64,000 nucleotides of DNA, from contig JAWQFM010000014.1 in assembly GCA_033442325.1 (NCBI GenBank), positions 1,630,721 to 1,694,720 of the forward strand, in the 5' to 3' direction. This document shows positions 1 to 30,146 of this stretch, piece by piece. The position numbers and the translations under genes were made by a program. The DNA is from Salpingoeca rosetta (Eukaryota > Protista > Choanoflagellata). Within the stretch, counting starts at the first letter, position 1. Every line of letters begins with the position of its first letter. The notes beneath the pieces are model-generated. The model was not told the DNA's origin and did no database searches. It saw only the letters and a list, made by a program, of their open reading frames with translations.

Positions 1-3616
<3,616 letters not shown>

Positions 3617-4011
3617 GCAAGTTGCAGGGTGCATCGTTTCATGTTTCACGTTCATATTTCATGTTCATGTTCATCGCCCTCCCACGACCATACCGGGTTA
3701 ACTAAAGGCGTGGTGGTGGTGGTGACGTGCAGTTATGTACAGCAGCAATGGTGGTGAATAAGCGCACTCAAGCGCCCGCTATCAGAAGAAGAAAATAAAC
3801 AACACAGAACGCACAGCAAAGCAATTGGGTGACACACAAGCGCGCAAGTCTAGAATCCGCTGTAACACCAACAGCACGGCAACGAGGAAGGAACACCGAC
3901 GACATCGCAAAGAAATGGAAGGAACAACAGTGATGTGACCTCCCCAATTCCACCATCAACAAAAGCCACAAAACACAAAGCAGCAGCACGAGGAAGGCTT
4001 TCCCCACAGCT

Positions 4012-10767
<6,756 letters not shown>

Positions 10768-11065
10768 GGCTGACTGGCTGGATGGATGTGTGCGTGGATG
10801 GGGGCGGTGGAGGAGGTGTGCTGCTGATGTTGTGGTGTTGGGTTTTGCTGTCGTGCGATGAGAACCCAGCACGGTTGCTGAAAATTAGCTATATCTTGAA
10901 CAGCTCTTCCACAACGCTGAGGTTTGCCGTTGTTCATTGCTCTGCACTCCTCAGCTTTGCGTCGACACCAGCCAACCAACCCAGTCAGCAAAAGGCCAAT
11001 TGCGAGCAGACCACAGCATCCCCCCCCCCCCTTCACTTCTCACGCACATACGAAGCACACGGACC

Positions 11066-11102
11066 ATGGAGCGTGGCGGCTTCTCCTTTGATCTCGTTCA
11101 GC

Positions 11103-11139
<37 letters not shown>

Positions 11140-11637
11140 GTGTGCAACAGATGTTGTTTGCCTGGTGTTGTTGCTGTGTGTTTGCCACTGTGTGTGCATG
11201 TGTGTGTGTCGACAACTTGTTTGTGTTTTGTGTGCGTGTGTGAAATTGGCCATTGCCATTGCTTGTATCGGCTCATGTGGATGCGCGCATGCACTCTGTG
11301 CCGGTGTGAACAGCAACGAGTTCCTGCAGAGCGCAGGACACCATCCTCCAAAGGCGACAAAGACCGGCACAACCATTGCGGGCATCATCTTCAAGGATGG
11401 TGTCGTGCTTGGTGCCGACACCCGCGCCACAGAGGTTGGCGTGTGTGTGCATATGTGTGTGTGCATATGTGTGTGTATGTGTGCATATGTGTGTGTATGT
11501 GCGTGTGTGTGTGTGTGCTCGTGTTTGTCGCTGTTTCCATGCATACATTTCAAACAGAGCCTATGCTGTGGCCTCTGCCCTGTCCTTCTGTTGGCTTGCG
11601 CCATATTCACCCTCATGACCCGTTGTTCCGTTGCTTT

Positions 11638-11681
<44 letters not shown>

Positions 11682-13126
11682 ACTGTCTTTTTCCCTTTCA
11701 CAGGGCACAATTGTCGCGGACAAGAACTGCGCCAAGATCCACTACATGGCGCCCAACATGTAGTACGTATCAACACCACCTCCTTCTTTTGCCACCGCAG
11801 TTGTGTGCTGCCAACAAGCCATTTCTTGTCTGTCTTGTCTGTTTTGCGCGTTGTTTCGCTGCTTCACGAGCCTCGACCCTGTTCATCACAAAACCTTTCA
11901 TCACACAACCTCCATGCTGCAGCTGCTGTGGTGCGGGCACGGCCGCAGACACGGAGATGGTGACGAACCTTGTGTCGTCGCAGCTTGAGCTGCACCGGCT
12001 GGAGACGGGCCGCCAGTCGCGCGTCATCACCGCCCTTCGCCTCCTCAAACAGCGCCTCTACAGGTACACTGCGACCGGCTGGCGGTGACGGTAGAGATGG
12101 CGTTGATCGTGTTGTTGTGTTGACGGTGGTGCTTGGATGTGAGGTTGGGGTGATACCAACGCAAGCGATTGATAATGGTTGTTCCTCATCCCCATGCATG
12201 CTTCCGCTCTACCACCCCCACGACCAACACCAACACCAACACCACTGCTTCTGCGGCGGTGGCGGGCAGGTATCAGGGCCACATCTCTGCTGCGCTGGTG
12301 CTCGGCGGCGTGGATGTGTCTGGCCCCGTCCTCTACAGCATCTACCCACACGGATCAACGGACAAGCTCCCCTTTGTCACCATGGGTGCGTCTGTGCTGC
12401 CGTTCTGTGTTGCTTGCAAGACCACATGCTGCTCTTCATCACTGTCCTCGTCGTTGTTGCGAAACATGTTTTTCTTCCTTTGGTCACGCCTCTGTATCTG
12501 CTCGTTCCTGTGTTGCTACTGGTGCATCCTCACACCATTTATGCACGTGTGTGTGTGTGTGTGTGCGTGTCTGCAGGCTCTGGGTCGCTTGCTGCGATGG
12601 GCGTGTTTGAGGCGCGGTACAAGAAGGACATGGAGCTTGACGAGGCGAAGCAGCTCGTCCGCGACGCAATTGCCGCCGGCATCTTCAACGACCTCGTGCG
12701 TGGCCGTGACTGGTGGTGATAACTGGTGATGCTGATGATTGGTGGTGACTGGTGACTGGTGATGATGAAGACTGGTGGTGATTGGTGGTGATGAAGATTG
12801 GTGATTGGTGGACGTAGCCACGGTCATGATGCTGCTGCAATATGGGCGGTGGTGTCGTGCACGGCTACGACAGCTACTGTGACTTGCTCGACAGGACTGC
12901 TCGTGTGCTCACGTGTTGCTGTTGTTTCTGGTGTGCAGGGGTCTGGCAGCAACGTGGATCTTTGTGTGATCACCAAAGACGGGGTCGACTACATCCGCCC
13001 GCACGATGAAGCGAACAAGAAGGGCGAGCGCCTTGAGACATACTCCTACAAGAAGGGAACAACCGGTACGTTCTACGACGTCGTGCGTGCGTGTGTGTGC
13101 GCGCGCGTGTGTGTGTGCGTGTGTGC

Positions 13127-13190
<64 letters not shown>

Positions 13191-13451
13191 ACTCCGTGAA
13201 TTGCTTCTTTCCTTTGCCTTTGCCTCCGCCACCGCTTTCGTCCATTTTTTCTTCCTTGAATCTCACGATCCACGACCCTGAACCCTCCTCTAATCTCCTT
13301 TCCTGCGACCACCGTGCTCCCCGCCCCCACTTGCCTCGGCGTGAACACGACAGCTGTGGTCAAGGAGCGGGTTGTGCCAATCAAGCCCGTGGTCGTGTCG
13401 GAGGTTGTGTCGCCCGTGCCGCCCCCACGGCCCGAGGAAACACTCGACTAA
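11066..13451 (+). CDS. PSMB7: 20S proteasome subunit beta type-7 (beta2, trypsin-like)
   Basis: [13 protein letters not shown]...[25 protein letters not shown]|[14 protein letters not shown]...[12 protein letters not shown]...[15 protein letters not shown]...GSGSLAAM...[18 protein letters not shown]. The catalytic N-terminal Thr follows the propeptide; stop TAA at 13449-13451. Confidence 0.97.
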
Positions 13452-13829
13452 GCCTTCCATCCAATCAACCAAATCCATCCATCCATCCATCCAACCATTC
13501 CACCCATCCCACAAATCCAACCATGCAATCCCCGACCGCCACCACAGACCATGTTGGTGGTGATGATGACGATGCTCGCTTGGCGTGGCGTTGCGTGTCT
13601 CGTTTTTGCTGGCTTGTGGATGTGGCCGTGCGTTCCTTTTCAGCTGCCACAACTTGCCTGTTGTCGTTCTTTGTCTGCGTGTTATGTGTGCGTGTGTGTG
13701 TGTGACATGTGCATGTGCTGTTTGCGTGTCATCTGAGCGAGTATACGCATCTAAAAACCGCGTTTCATTTCAGCCGAGTGTGCGAGTCACAAACAACAGA
13801 CAGATACATACACATGCACGTGCCAGGCA

Positions 13830-13862
<33 letters not shown>

Positions 13863-14297
13863 CCACACAACATGCAATGACAATTACTATGAGAGACAGC
13901 ATTCACGCACGCGCAAATGTGCACTTGAACCAGCAGGCAATGAATGGGTGAACCAACAACAAATACATAACCAACAATAGCACCACCACCATGGTGATTG
14001 TCACGGTCACAGCAAGTCAGTTGCAGCAGCTGGTGCAGCATACAGGCGCCACCGACGACAGGACAGGGGGGCATGACAGCAATCAAGGAAGCGTGTGTGG
14101 TGGACGGGGAGCAAGTAGTCTCGTCCAGTGCACAATAAAATCGAAAAGCAGAAGGACAAGAGAGAGAGAGGGGAGAAGGAGAGGGATTGACTTTGGCTGG
14201 CACGCATCACACCACGCAAAACACTGGGCACAGTGTCACAGCCACAGCAATGACAGCACAAACAATGCGCACGTGTGTGTGTGCATATAAGTGCGCG

Positions 14298-15226
14298 CTA
14301 CTCTGGCGGGATGTCGACGATGAGCGGGGTGATGTATTCTGAGTGGCGGACGCCGAGCGAGAAGGCCGGCGAGCGACGCTTGTGCATTGTCACCTTCTCC
14401 GGGCTGTGCGCGCCGGGGCCTGGCTTCATCGTCTTGTCTGAGGTGCCGATACAAAGCGCACAGCCGTGGTGCAGTTGCAAACCGCATGGGACGTGAGAGC
14501 ATGACGGGTACGCAGATGCAGGTAAAGAAAATGTGGCAGAAACCATGGCGTCACCGAGTTGGCGTGCAGAACCACATGCGCAGATCGCAAACAAATGCAC
14601 GCAGACACAGACAGACAACCAGACAGACAGACAGGCAGGCAGACAGACAGGCGGACACACGCACACACACACAGACATGCGCATTGCCGGGTGCGTGCTG
14701 ACCTGATGGCGCCTCTGTGCGGCCCGTCATGGAGAATGCGGGTGCCCGCCTGCGCGTGTTTGTGCTGGCGTTGTAGGTGCCGGGCCCGGGCGTCTTCTTT
14801 ATTGTCGACGCGGCGATGCTCCCAACTTGGTGGCGCACCCCCATCGAGTGCGATGGGCCCGAGCGGTGGCGCCCATACACGGACTTGCCCAGCGAACCCG
14901 GCATAGTGTAGTTGTTGGGCGACGGCACCTCCGTCTTGCGGGGGGAGGCAACGCGTGCGCCCATCGAGTAGGCCGGCGACCGCCGCTGGCGGGGCGGCGC
15001 GCGGCCCTCCGTCGCATATGCACCGGGCCCTGGCGAGGCAAACTTCTTCGTCGAGCGCGGGCGGCCGGAGATGGTGAATGCAGAGCCCGAGGTCTTGCCG
15101 TGGCGGGACATGGTTGGATCGACGTAGTGGGGGCCGGGGGCCTCCTGCGTCTTCTTCTCGGCTGTGCGCGCACCAAACGAGAAGGCGGGCGCCACCTTGC
15201 GGGTCCTGTCGGCAAACGAGCTCCCT
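14298..15226 (-). CDS. ODF3/CIMAP1-like SHIPPO (PGP) repeat ciliary microtubule protein; 5' part lost in the assembly gap
   Basis: Repeated PGPGAY/PSPNNY/PGPGTY plus PAFS motifs; C-terminus PGPGAHSPEKVTMHKRRSPAFSLGVRHSEYITPLIVD resembles the ODF3 family. Confidence 0.85.
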
Positions 15227-15373
15227 AGTGACGATTGCGTGTGTGTGTACGAGTGAGTGAGTGAGTGTGTGTGTGTGAGTGCGTGTGTGTGTGTACGAGT
15301 GAGTGAGTGAGTGTGTGAGTGTGTGTGTACGAGTGAGTGAGTGTGTGTGTGTGTGAGTGAGTGAGAGAGAGAG

Positions 15374-16343
15374 NNNNNNNNNNNNNNNNNNNNNNNNNNN
15401 NNNNNNNNNNNNNNNNNNNNNNNNNNNNNNNNNNNNNNNNNNNNNNNNNNNNNNNNNNNNNNNNNNNNNNNNNNNNNNNNNNNNNNNNNNNNNNNNNNNN
15501 NNNNNNNNNNNNNNNNNNNNNNNNNNNNNNNNNNNNNNNNNNNNNNNNNNNNNNNNNNNNNNNNNNNNNNNNNNNNNNNNNNNNNNNNNNNNNNNNNNNN
15601 NNNNNNNNNNNNNNNNNNNNNNNNNNNNNNNNNNNNNNNNNNNNNNNNNNNNNNNNNNNNNNNNNNNNNNNNNNNNNNNNNNNNNNNNNNNNNNNNNNNN
15701 NNNNNNNNNNNNNNNNNNNNNNNNNNNNNNNNNNNNNNNNNNNNNNNNNNNNNNNNNNNNNNNNNNNNNNNNNNNNNNNNNNNNNNNNNNNNNNNNNNNN
15801 NNNNNNNNNNNNNNNNNNNNNNNNNNNNNNNNNNNNNNNNNNNNNNNNNNNNNNNNNNNNNNNNNNNNNNNNNNNNNNNNNNNNNNNNNNNNNNNNNNNN
15901 NNNNNNNNNNNNNNNNNNNNNNNNNNNNNNNNNNNNNNNNNNNNNNNNNNNNNNNNNNNNNNNNNNNNNNNNNNNNNNNNNNNNNNNNNNNNNNNNNNNN
16001 NNNNNNNNNNNNNNNNNNNNNNNNNNNNNNNNNNNNNNNNNNNNNNNNNNNNNNNNNNNNNNNNNNNNNNNNNNNNNNNNNNNNNNNNNNNNNNNNNNNN
16101 NNNNNNNNNNNNNNNNNNNNNNNNNNNNNNNNNNNNNNNNNNNNNNNNNNNNNNNNNNNNNNNNNNNNNNNNNNNNNNNNNNNNNNNNNNNNNNNNNNNN
16201 NNNNNNNNNNNNNNNNNNNNNNNNNNNNNNNNNNNNNNNNNNNNNNNNNNNNNNNNNNNNNNNNNNNNNNNNNNNNNNNNNNNNNNNNNNNNNNNNNNNN
16301 NNNNNNNNNNNNNNNNNNNNNNNNNNNNNNNNNNNNNNNNNNN
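15374..16343. other. Assembly gap (N run)
   Basis: Run of N flanked by microsatellites. Confidence 1.
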
Positions 16344-16354
16344 CACCACCACCC

Positions 16355-16481
<127 letters not shown>

Positions 16482-16974
16482 CTGCGACTGCCATGACACA
16501 ACAGCACCGGCAGGTGGCATGTCGTCTTCGCCATCCCCAACCTCCCTCATGCGCACATCCAACCATTCATCACTGACCACAAACAACATACAACAACACC
16601 TTCTCTGCCACTGCGCCATTCATCAAGCAAGCAAGCAACAAGCAAGCGAAGCGAAGCGCATCGACACTTGCCTGACGACGGACGGCAGCGTTGCTGAGGT
16701 GGAAAACAACACGACAAAATGCAGTGGCGCGAATCGCAACAGCGAAACATACATGACATGACCGTCAGGGAGTGTGTGGACATTCGTGCGCATTATCGTA
16801 TCCACCACAACTGCGAAGGGCGAAAATTTCGAGCCGCCGCCAACTTCAAATCGGGTGGAAGGACATCAATCCAGGAACAGCGGTTCCGTGTGAGTGGTCG
16901 TGGTGTCATTGTCGTGGTGGTGGTGGTTTGGTGTGTTTTGTGCTCGAGCGGGTCAGAGACAGAAAGGAGGGTAC

Positions 16975-17145
16975 AGCAACAGGAACAACAACAACAACAA
17001 GAGCTACAACAGCAGATACAACAACAATAACAGCTACAACAGCAGATACAACAACAGTAACAGCTACAACAGCAGATACAACAACAACAACAAGAGCTAC
17101 AACAGCAGCAACAACAGCAGATACAACAACAACAGCTACAACAAC
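16975..17145 (+). repeat. CAA-rich ~30-bp tandem repeat upstream of the kinesin ATG
   Basis: Repeats of cagctacaacagcagatacaacaaca(a/g)taa-like units. Confidence 0.8.
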
Positions 17146-17188
17146 ACTTTCACGTCAGCAACAGTGGTAGCAATTGAAACAGGCGGAG

Positions 17189-23845
<6,657 letters not shown>

Positions 23846-23856
23846 TGCGCAAGGCG

Positions 23857-23926
<70 letters not shown>

Positions 23927-24706
23927 CACGCTTTCGTATTCCGTTGCGAGCGACTTGATGGCGTGCGCCTGTGTTGCTCGTGACGGTTGTTGTGCTGATG
24001 CCACCATCTGAAGCACCTCCCCAGCTCCGCTTCTCTGTTTTGTGCATTGTTTCGCTGTTGCGACACCACGGTTGCAGTTGCTTTTCCCCCTTCCATTTCT
24101 GTTGTCAATGCTGCTTTCCATCTGTTCATTTTCTCGCTTCAGCATGCACGAACGTGCTGGTCGCTTTGCACGTCGTCACACACACACACACACACACACA
24201 TACACATCCTGCTTCGTTGATTTGCTCTTGTTTGCCTGCTTGCTTGCCCAGACAGCCTTTTTTGGTGACGCCTTTTTTGTTTTTGTTTCTCGTGCACATC
24301 CACCTACGCTCCTATCAACCACGGTTCTCGGTTTCCCAGCACACATACAAACGCGTACGATGCATGCATGCTGAGTGCAGCACCATCATCATCCCACGTA
24401 CACACACACACACACACACACACACATACCTTATCTCTCTGTCTTCCCCATGTTAACGTCTCTTGCGACAGTGTTGCGCGCTCAGCACGACCGCAATTGA
24501 GTAAGAGCTTTCGCTGGTTGACATTCATTTCGCGATACAACACTTAGAAATGCAAACAGCCCAGGCATATCGGGTGACGGCAGCACAGACACACATGACA
24601 GCGACAACGACTACAAAGTGAAACAAACTGAAGAGGAAGATGAGACGCCCCATGCACACACCAACGCAGCCCCCTTGTGCATGTATGTGCATGTGCGAGT
24701 GTGTGG

Positions 24707-26422
24707 TTAGAGACCCAGCGCCTTGACCAGGATCTGCTTGAGCTCCTTCTTGCGCGCGGACGACGGGAACTCAATGTCACGCTCCTTCAAGGCGGCTTTC
24801 AGGTCAACAACCTGTCGGAAGCGGCAAGTGATGAGCGTCGGCGGTGAGAGGAAGAGATGAAGGGAGGAAGAGAGCAAGGCGCGTGAGAACAAGGCACGCG
24901 CAGAGGAAATGCAAGAGCCAAGACACAAACCAGACAAAAATTGCACCATCACAAGACCACGTACCCTCATCTTGTTGACTTCGGTCATTGTCAAATCAGG
25001 CGATTTCTCGCCAGAGGTGACGGCTTCCTCGCCCTCATCCTCATCCTCATCCTCATCTTCATCCTCATTGGCTTCAACTGGCTGTTCCTCCTTCTCTTCC
25101 TTCTCTTCCTTCTCCTCCTGCGTGTCCATGGCCTTACTCTCATCTTCCTTCTTCGTCTCTTCTTCTTCTTGCGCTGCCTGTGCAGCCGCAGCCTTCTTGC
25201 CCTTTCCATGGCTTCGTCTTGGCGTGCGCTTGCCCTTTGAGCTCCTCCTTCGCGACTTCTTCACTTCTTCCTGCTGCGGCTGTGCTTCCTTCTCCTTCTC
25301 TTTCTCCTGCTCCTTGTCCTTCTCCTCTGTTGCTTGCTTCGTCTCAGCCTGTTTGGACGCAGCTGTCTCCTTCGCCTCCTCAGCCATGTCAGCGCCAGTG
25401 GCGGCGGCTTCGCTTGCCTCCTCTTCTGTCCTGGCCTCCTCGGCCTCCTCGGGTCCCTCCTTTGCCGCCTTTGCTGCGGGCGCTTCGCCTGTTGTGTCCG
25501 CATCCGCATCCGCTGCTGCTGCTGCTGCTGTCTCGTCCGCGACTGGCGGGGCGGGCATGGTTGCAGCGAGCGACTGCACCTTTTCCATGGCCATCTTGTA
25601 CACGCTCTGTGCCATGTGCGGCATGTTCAGCACCTGCATTGCGCCCTCCGGCTGTGTGCCCACGTCGCGGTCTGTCTGGCCGTACACCTCGTTCGGGTAC
25701 ACCATGAGGCTGGTTGGCCGCGCCGTGAGCTGCGAGAAGATGGGCTCCAGTTCCTTGCACCGGCTGAACAGCGATGCGCGCGCAAACACGTACAGGCCGA
25801 GGCGAGCACGGGACATGGCCACCACCATACGCCGCACATCCCGCATAAATCCGATGCTGCGCGTACGCACCAGCGACAGCAGCACATAGTCGTTCTGCGA
25901 ACCCTGGTACTTGTCAACCGTCTCAATCTGTGCAAGTGTGGCGTGTGTGTGTGTGTGTATGTGTGTGAGTGAAGGTGGGGAGGGGGTGTTTGGTGCGTGT
26001 TGAGTGGTGTAGCTATGTGTGTTTTGTAAGGGCGTGTGTGACGTGTGTCGAGCGTCGTTTGGTGGAGTTGGTACTGTCAGATGCCAATCACCAAAGCCAC
26101 TGCAATGTCGCACCTTGCTCGGGGAGCCAAAGAGCGGATGACTGGCGCAGCGGGCGCGCACGACATCGTGGAGGAGATCCTTCTGGCCGTTGTACGTCGT
26201 CAGGATGGTGATGCGCGAAGCCGGGTAGCCGAGCAGCCGCATGTACATGTACACCGCAACCACGTACTCTGCCTCGGCAAGGTTCTACACGTGGTGATAA
26301 AGTAGGGGAGGGGGAGGGAGGGGCGTTTGATTGTGAGGGAAGCACAGTTGCTGGTGGCTGGTGGCTGGTGGCTGGTGTTGGGACAACGACAGGAGAGGAC
26401 GTAGCGAGCACGTAATGGAAGC

Positions 26423-26471
<49 letters not shown>

Positions 26472-29400
26472 ACAGACACACAGACACAAAAGCACGTACC
26501 TGGATAAAGTGCGGGGAAGGGACGCTCTCGCCAACGCCGCGGAAGTCGCCCACGTCGACGAGTTGAAAGTCGTACTTGAACCCGGGGTTGGCGCGCGAGA
26601 ACCGGCTCTCACTCTCCACATGCGGCAGATCACCCAGGCCTGGCATTACACGCACAATGGCAGCAACAGCGGTTGGCGGCGCGTTGTGTGTTGTATGTTG
26701 TATGTGTGTGTTGGTACTGTGAGGGTGTGTTTTGTGTTGGGGAACTGAGAATACAAAACAAACGCATGGTGGTTGCTACGTTGGAGCCAGCCTGCATGTA
26801 TGCATGGATGCATGAATGAATGGGTGTGGATGCGCACCTTCGTAGTTCCAGCGGAAGAGGTTTGCGAGGGAGGGACGCATGCGGCCCTGCTTGTCGAGCA
26901 GCACGTGGGGAACGCCAAGTCGCACAAACCGCGTGAACAGCGACTGCTCCATGTTGGAGAACTTCTTGAACGCCGTGTTCTTGATCACGGGCGGCAGCTG
27001 GTGGTGGTCACCGATGAGCATGACGCGCTTGAGGCGGTTGTATCCGTCCTCCGTGTTCTGCAGCATGAGCGGGATAAACGTCTCCACTTCGAGAATCTGG
27101 GCAGCCTCCTCCATCACCACGTTGTCGTACTTGAACCCAAGCTTCACCTGCAGGGGTGTGGCAGCGGTGTGTTCGGTTCGGTTGCGAGGCGTGGATGTGA
27201 GCAGGAGAAGATGACGTCAAGGGAAGGCACGTCACCACCATAGGTGACTGCCGCAGAGGCAGGCACACAGGTAGTCGAAGAGAAACAGTCACACGTACAC
27301 AAAGGCACATCGGAAAAGACACACACAGACACCCACACCCACACAGACACAGACACAGCCACAAAACACACAGAGCGGGTGTGGACGATACGTACGAGTT
27401 CACTGCGAGTGAGGGCTGCGTGTGTGCATGTCATCGCCACAATCTTTGCCTCTTTTGTGAGGAGGTACTTTGAGCGGTCTCTGCCGCGGTGCACCTGCTC
27501 AAACGGCCGGTACTCCCGCAGCGTCTCAAACACGTGGTTCAGGTGCCGCATGCAGCCCAGCGCCATCTCCCAGTCCTCATCAAAGCTGCGGCCGTGGAAC
27601 AGCGGCTGCGGCGCCGTGCTGAAGAACGCTGCAAAGGGGAACTCCGCTGCGAGCATGGCAAGGGCCTCGGAGCCGTCGCCGCCCTGCTTCTGTTCCAGCT
27701 GATGCTGCTGCTGCTGCTGCACGCGGTCGGCGTAGGCGGTCCACAGCGGCTGGATCGCCTGGCGGTGAAAGTGCGCACACGTCTCGCACGTCGACGCAAC
27801 GTCAATCGGGTCTGGATTGCGCAAAAGGGGGAAGAGACAAAGGGTGGGCAGGGGAGGTGAGTATACGTGATGAGTGAGGGTATGGATGGGTGTGTGAGAG
27901 AGAGAGAGAGTGTGTGTGTGTGTGAGTGTGTGTGAGAGTGTGTGTGTGTGAGTGAGTGAGTGTGAGTGAGTGTGAGTGAGTGTGTGTGTGTGTGTGTGTC
28001 TGCCGATGATTGAATGATTCCTGAATCGCGATCTGTACAAGACCACCCCCACGTGCCCAGGGCAACAGCACCATGTAAGCGTACATTGCAAGCTGGCGGC
28101 GAGGCGCTGCACTTCCTCCAGCAGTTCCAGGCGGTGCTGCAGCACAAAGTCGACCCGCCCGTACCTGTCACGGGGTCACATCACAGCGAGAAGAGCGAAG
28201 GCAATGTGAGGACACGGGGCAAAACGGCGGAACGAGACAAAGGGGTAGGGGGAAGCAAAGGAACATTGCACAAGCAGAACAAGATCAAGCACAAGCACAA
28301 GAATAGGGTTACCACCACCACCACCACCACCACAACAACACCCCTGGGCTCCCCCTCCCTTTCCAACCGCTGCCGGCACGCACCTGCTAAAGTCCTTTGT
28401 TGTCTCGAGAAGCTCTTCGCCACGGCCAAGACGCAGCAGGTGGCGTTCCTCAATGTCCAAGTGGATCAGCTTCTCAAACAGCTGGTTCAGCGCCTGGTTC
28501 GAGTGCGTCACAATCAGCGTCCGCTGGTCCGGGTGGTTGTGGTACAGGTTCGAGATAGTCTGAAGATTTTGTGGTGAGGGAGAGGGATTGGTGTTTGGGG
28601 AGGTTGCATGACGGTGAGGGCGGAAGGAAAGGAAGAAACGAGACTGAAAAGCGACGCCCGGGGCACGTACGCGTGCGCGCAAACACACGCATGTATACAG
28701 GTACAGACACACGAACACAGACACACGCACACGCAGGTATGCAGATACAGACGCACAGACACGCACACGCACACGCACACGCACACAGACACAGACACAC
28801 AGACACACACATCTCAACAACAACGCCCTCACCTGCACGGCGACGTCCGTCTTTCCGGTGCCCGGGGGACCGACGACGAGGGTGAGCCCCGGCTGCATGC
28901 CGCTGTGGATCGCCTCCACCTGCGCCGCTGTAAACGGGACCGCGTTGCGCTTTGGGGCGTCCTGCGGGAACGGGCCGCGGTTCTCCTCGTGCAGCGACTG
29001 CACACGAAGCACAGGCCGCTTCTCACCATCGCCACCGTCTGCAGACACGTCCATGGCATCGCCTGTGGCCTTGGGCTTGGCCTTGCCCTTCTTCGCCACG
29101 TTGCGCGGCACGAGCGTGTCGATCTTGCGCTCGGGCATCTCCACAGGGAACGTCAGCGCAAATGGCGGCTTGGCCTTCGCACCGTCATCGCCGTCGCCAT
29201 CGCCGCCCTCATACACGACGTCGTGCTTGGGGAACGCGGCGCGGACGTGGGCGAGGCTGAGGAACGTGTCGTTGAAGTTGAGGTGTGCCAGCTGGGAGCT
29301 GATGTTTGAGTAGTGGGCGGCGGCCGGGTCGCCGTATCCGAGGAAGATGTCGTGCAGCCAGTCTGGCACGACGCAGCGCGTATTCATGAGGTCGCGGATC

Positions 29401-30111
29401 GTCTCAAGCACCGCCTTGAAGTTGTTCTCCTTTGGGTTGCGCCGCACAAACACGTTGAACGTCGAGTACAGGTCCGTCCCGCCCTCTCCAGCATCCTGAT
29501 CACACACACACACACATACACATTGGCGGGGCCAAAAGAGCAGGTGGGTGGGGTTACTTGGAAGGGTTGTGGTTGTGTGCTTGCGTGTTTGATTGCGTTC
29601 GGAGGTGGAGAAACAAGTGCGGTAGTCACGGGCAAGGCACGAACGTCAACAGCGCACACACACACACACACACATGCATACATGCAGACAAGCACATGTA
29701 CATGCGCACACAAACGAAAAGTGCGCGCGCAGGGATGCAGAACGTACGAGGTCGAGCTGGTACTGGTTTGGGTCAAGGATGAGGCGGAATGTGCGGGAGT
29801 TGCCGCGGGGCAACTGCGGGCGCACATCCGGTCGCTCCTCAACCAGCTGGCCGCGCGCATCAAGCATGCCCTCAATCTCGCACCCACGCACAGCAACAAC
29901 CCCAAACTGAGGCGATGGGGTGCGAAAGGGGGGAGGTTATGGTTCGGCGATAGTGATGATGATGGTGAAGTGAGGGAATAGGGATGGTGAAGTGAGGGAA
30001 TAGGGATGGTGAAGTGAGGGAATAGGGATGGTGATGAGGTGGAGCAATAAATGGTCAGACACCGCGCGAGACAAAGCGTCAGGCACTGCAAACACACATG
30101 CAGAAAGAAGA

Positions 30112-30146
<35 letters not shown>

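Noticed and set aside
16640-16710. RFX X-box upstream of the ciliary ODF3-like gene
   Set aside because: Only half-sites (GTTGCT); spacing does not fit, and the gene start is hidden in the gap.
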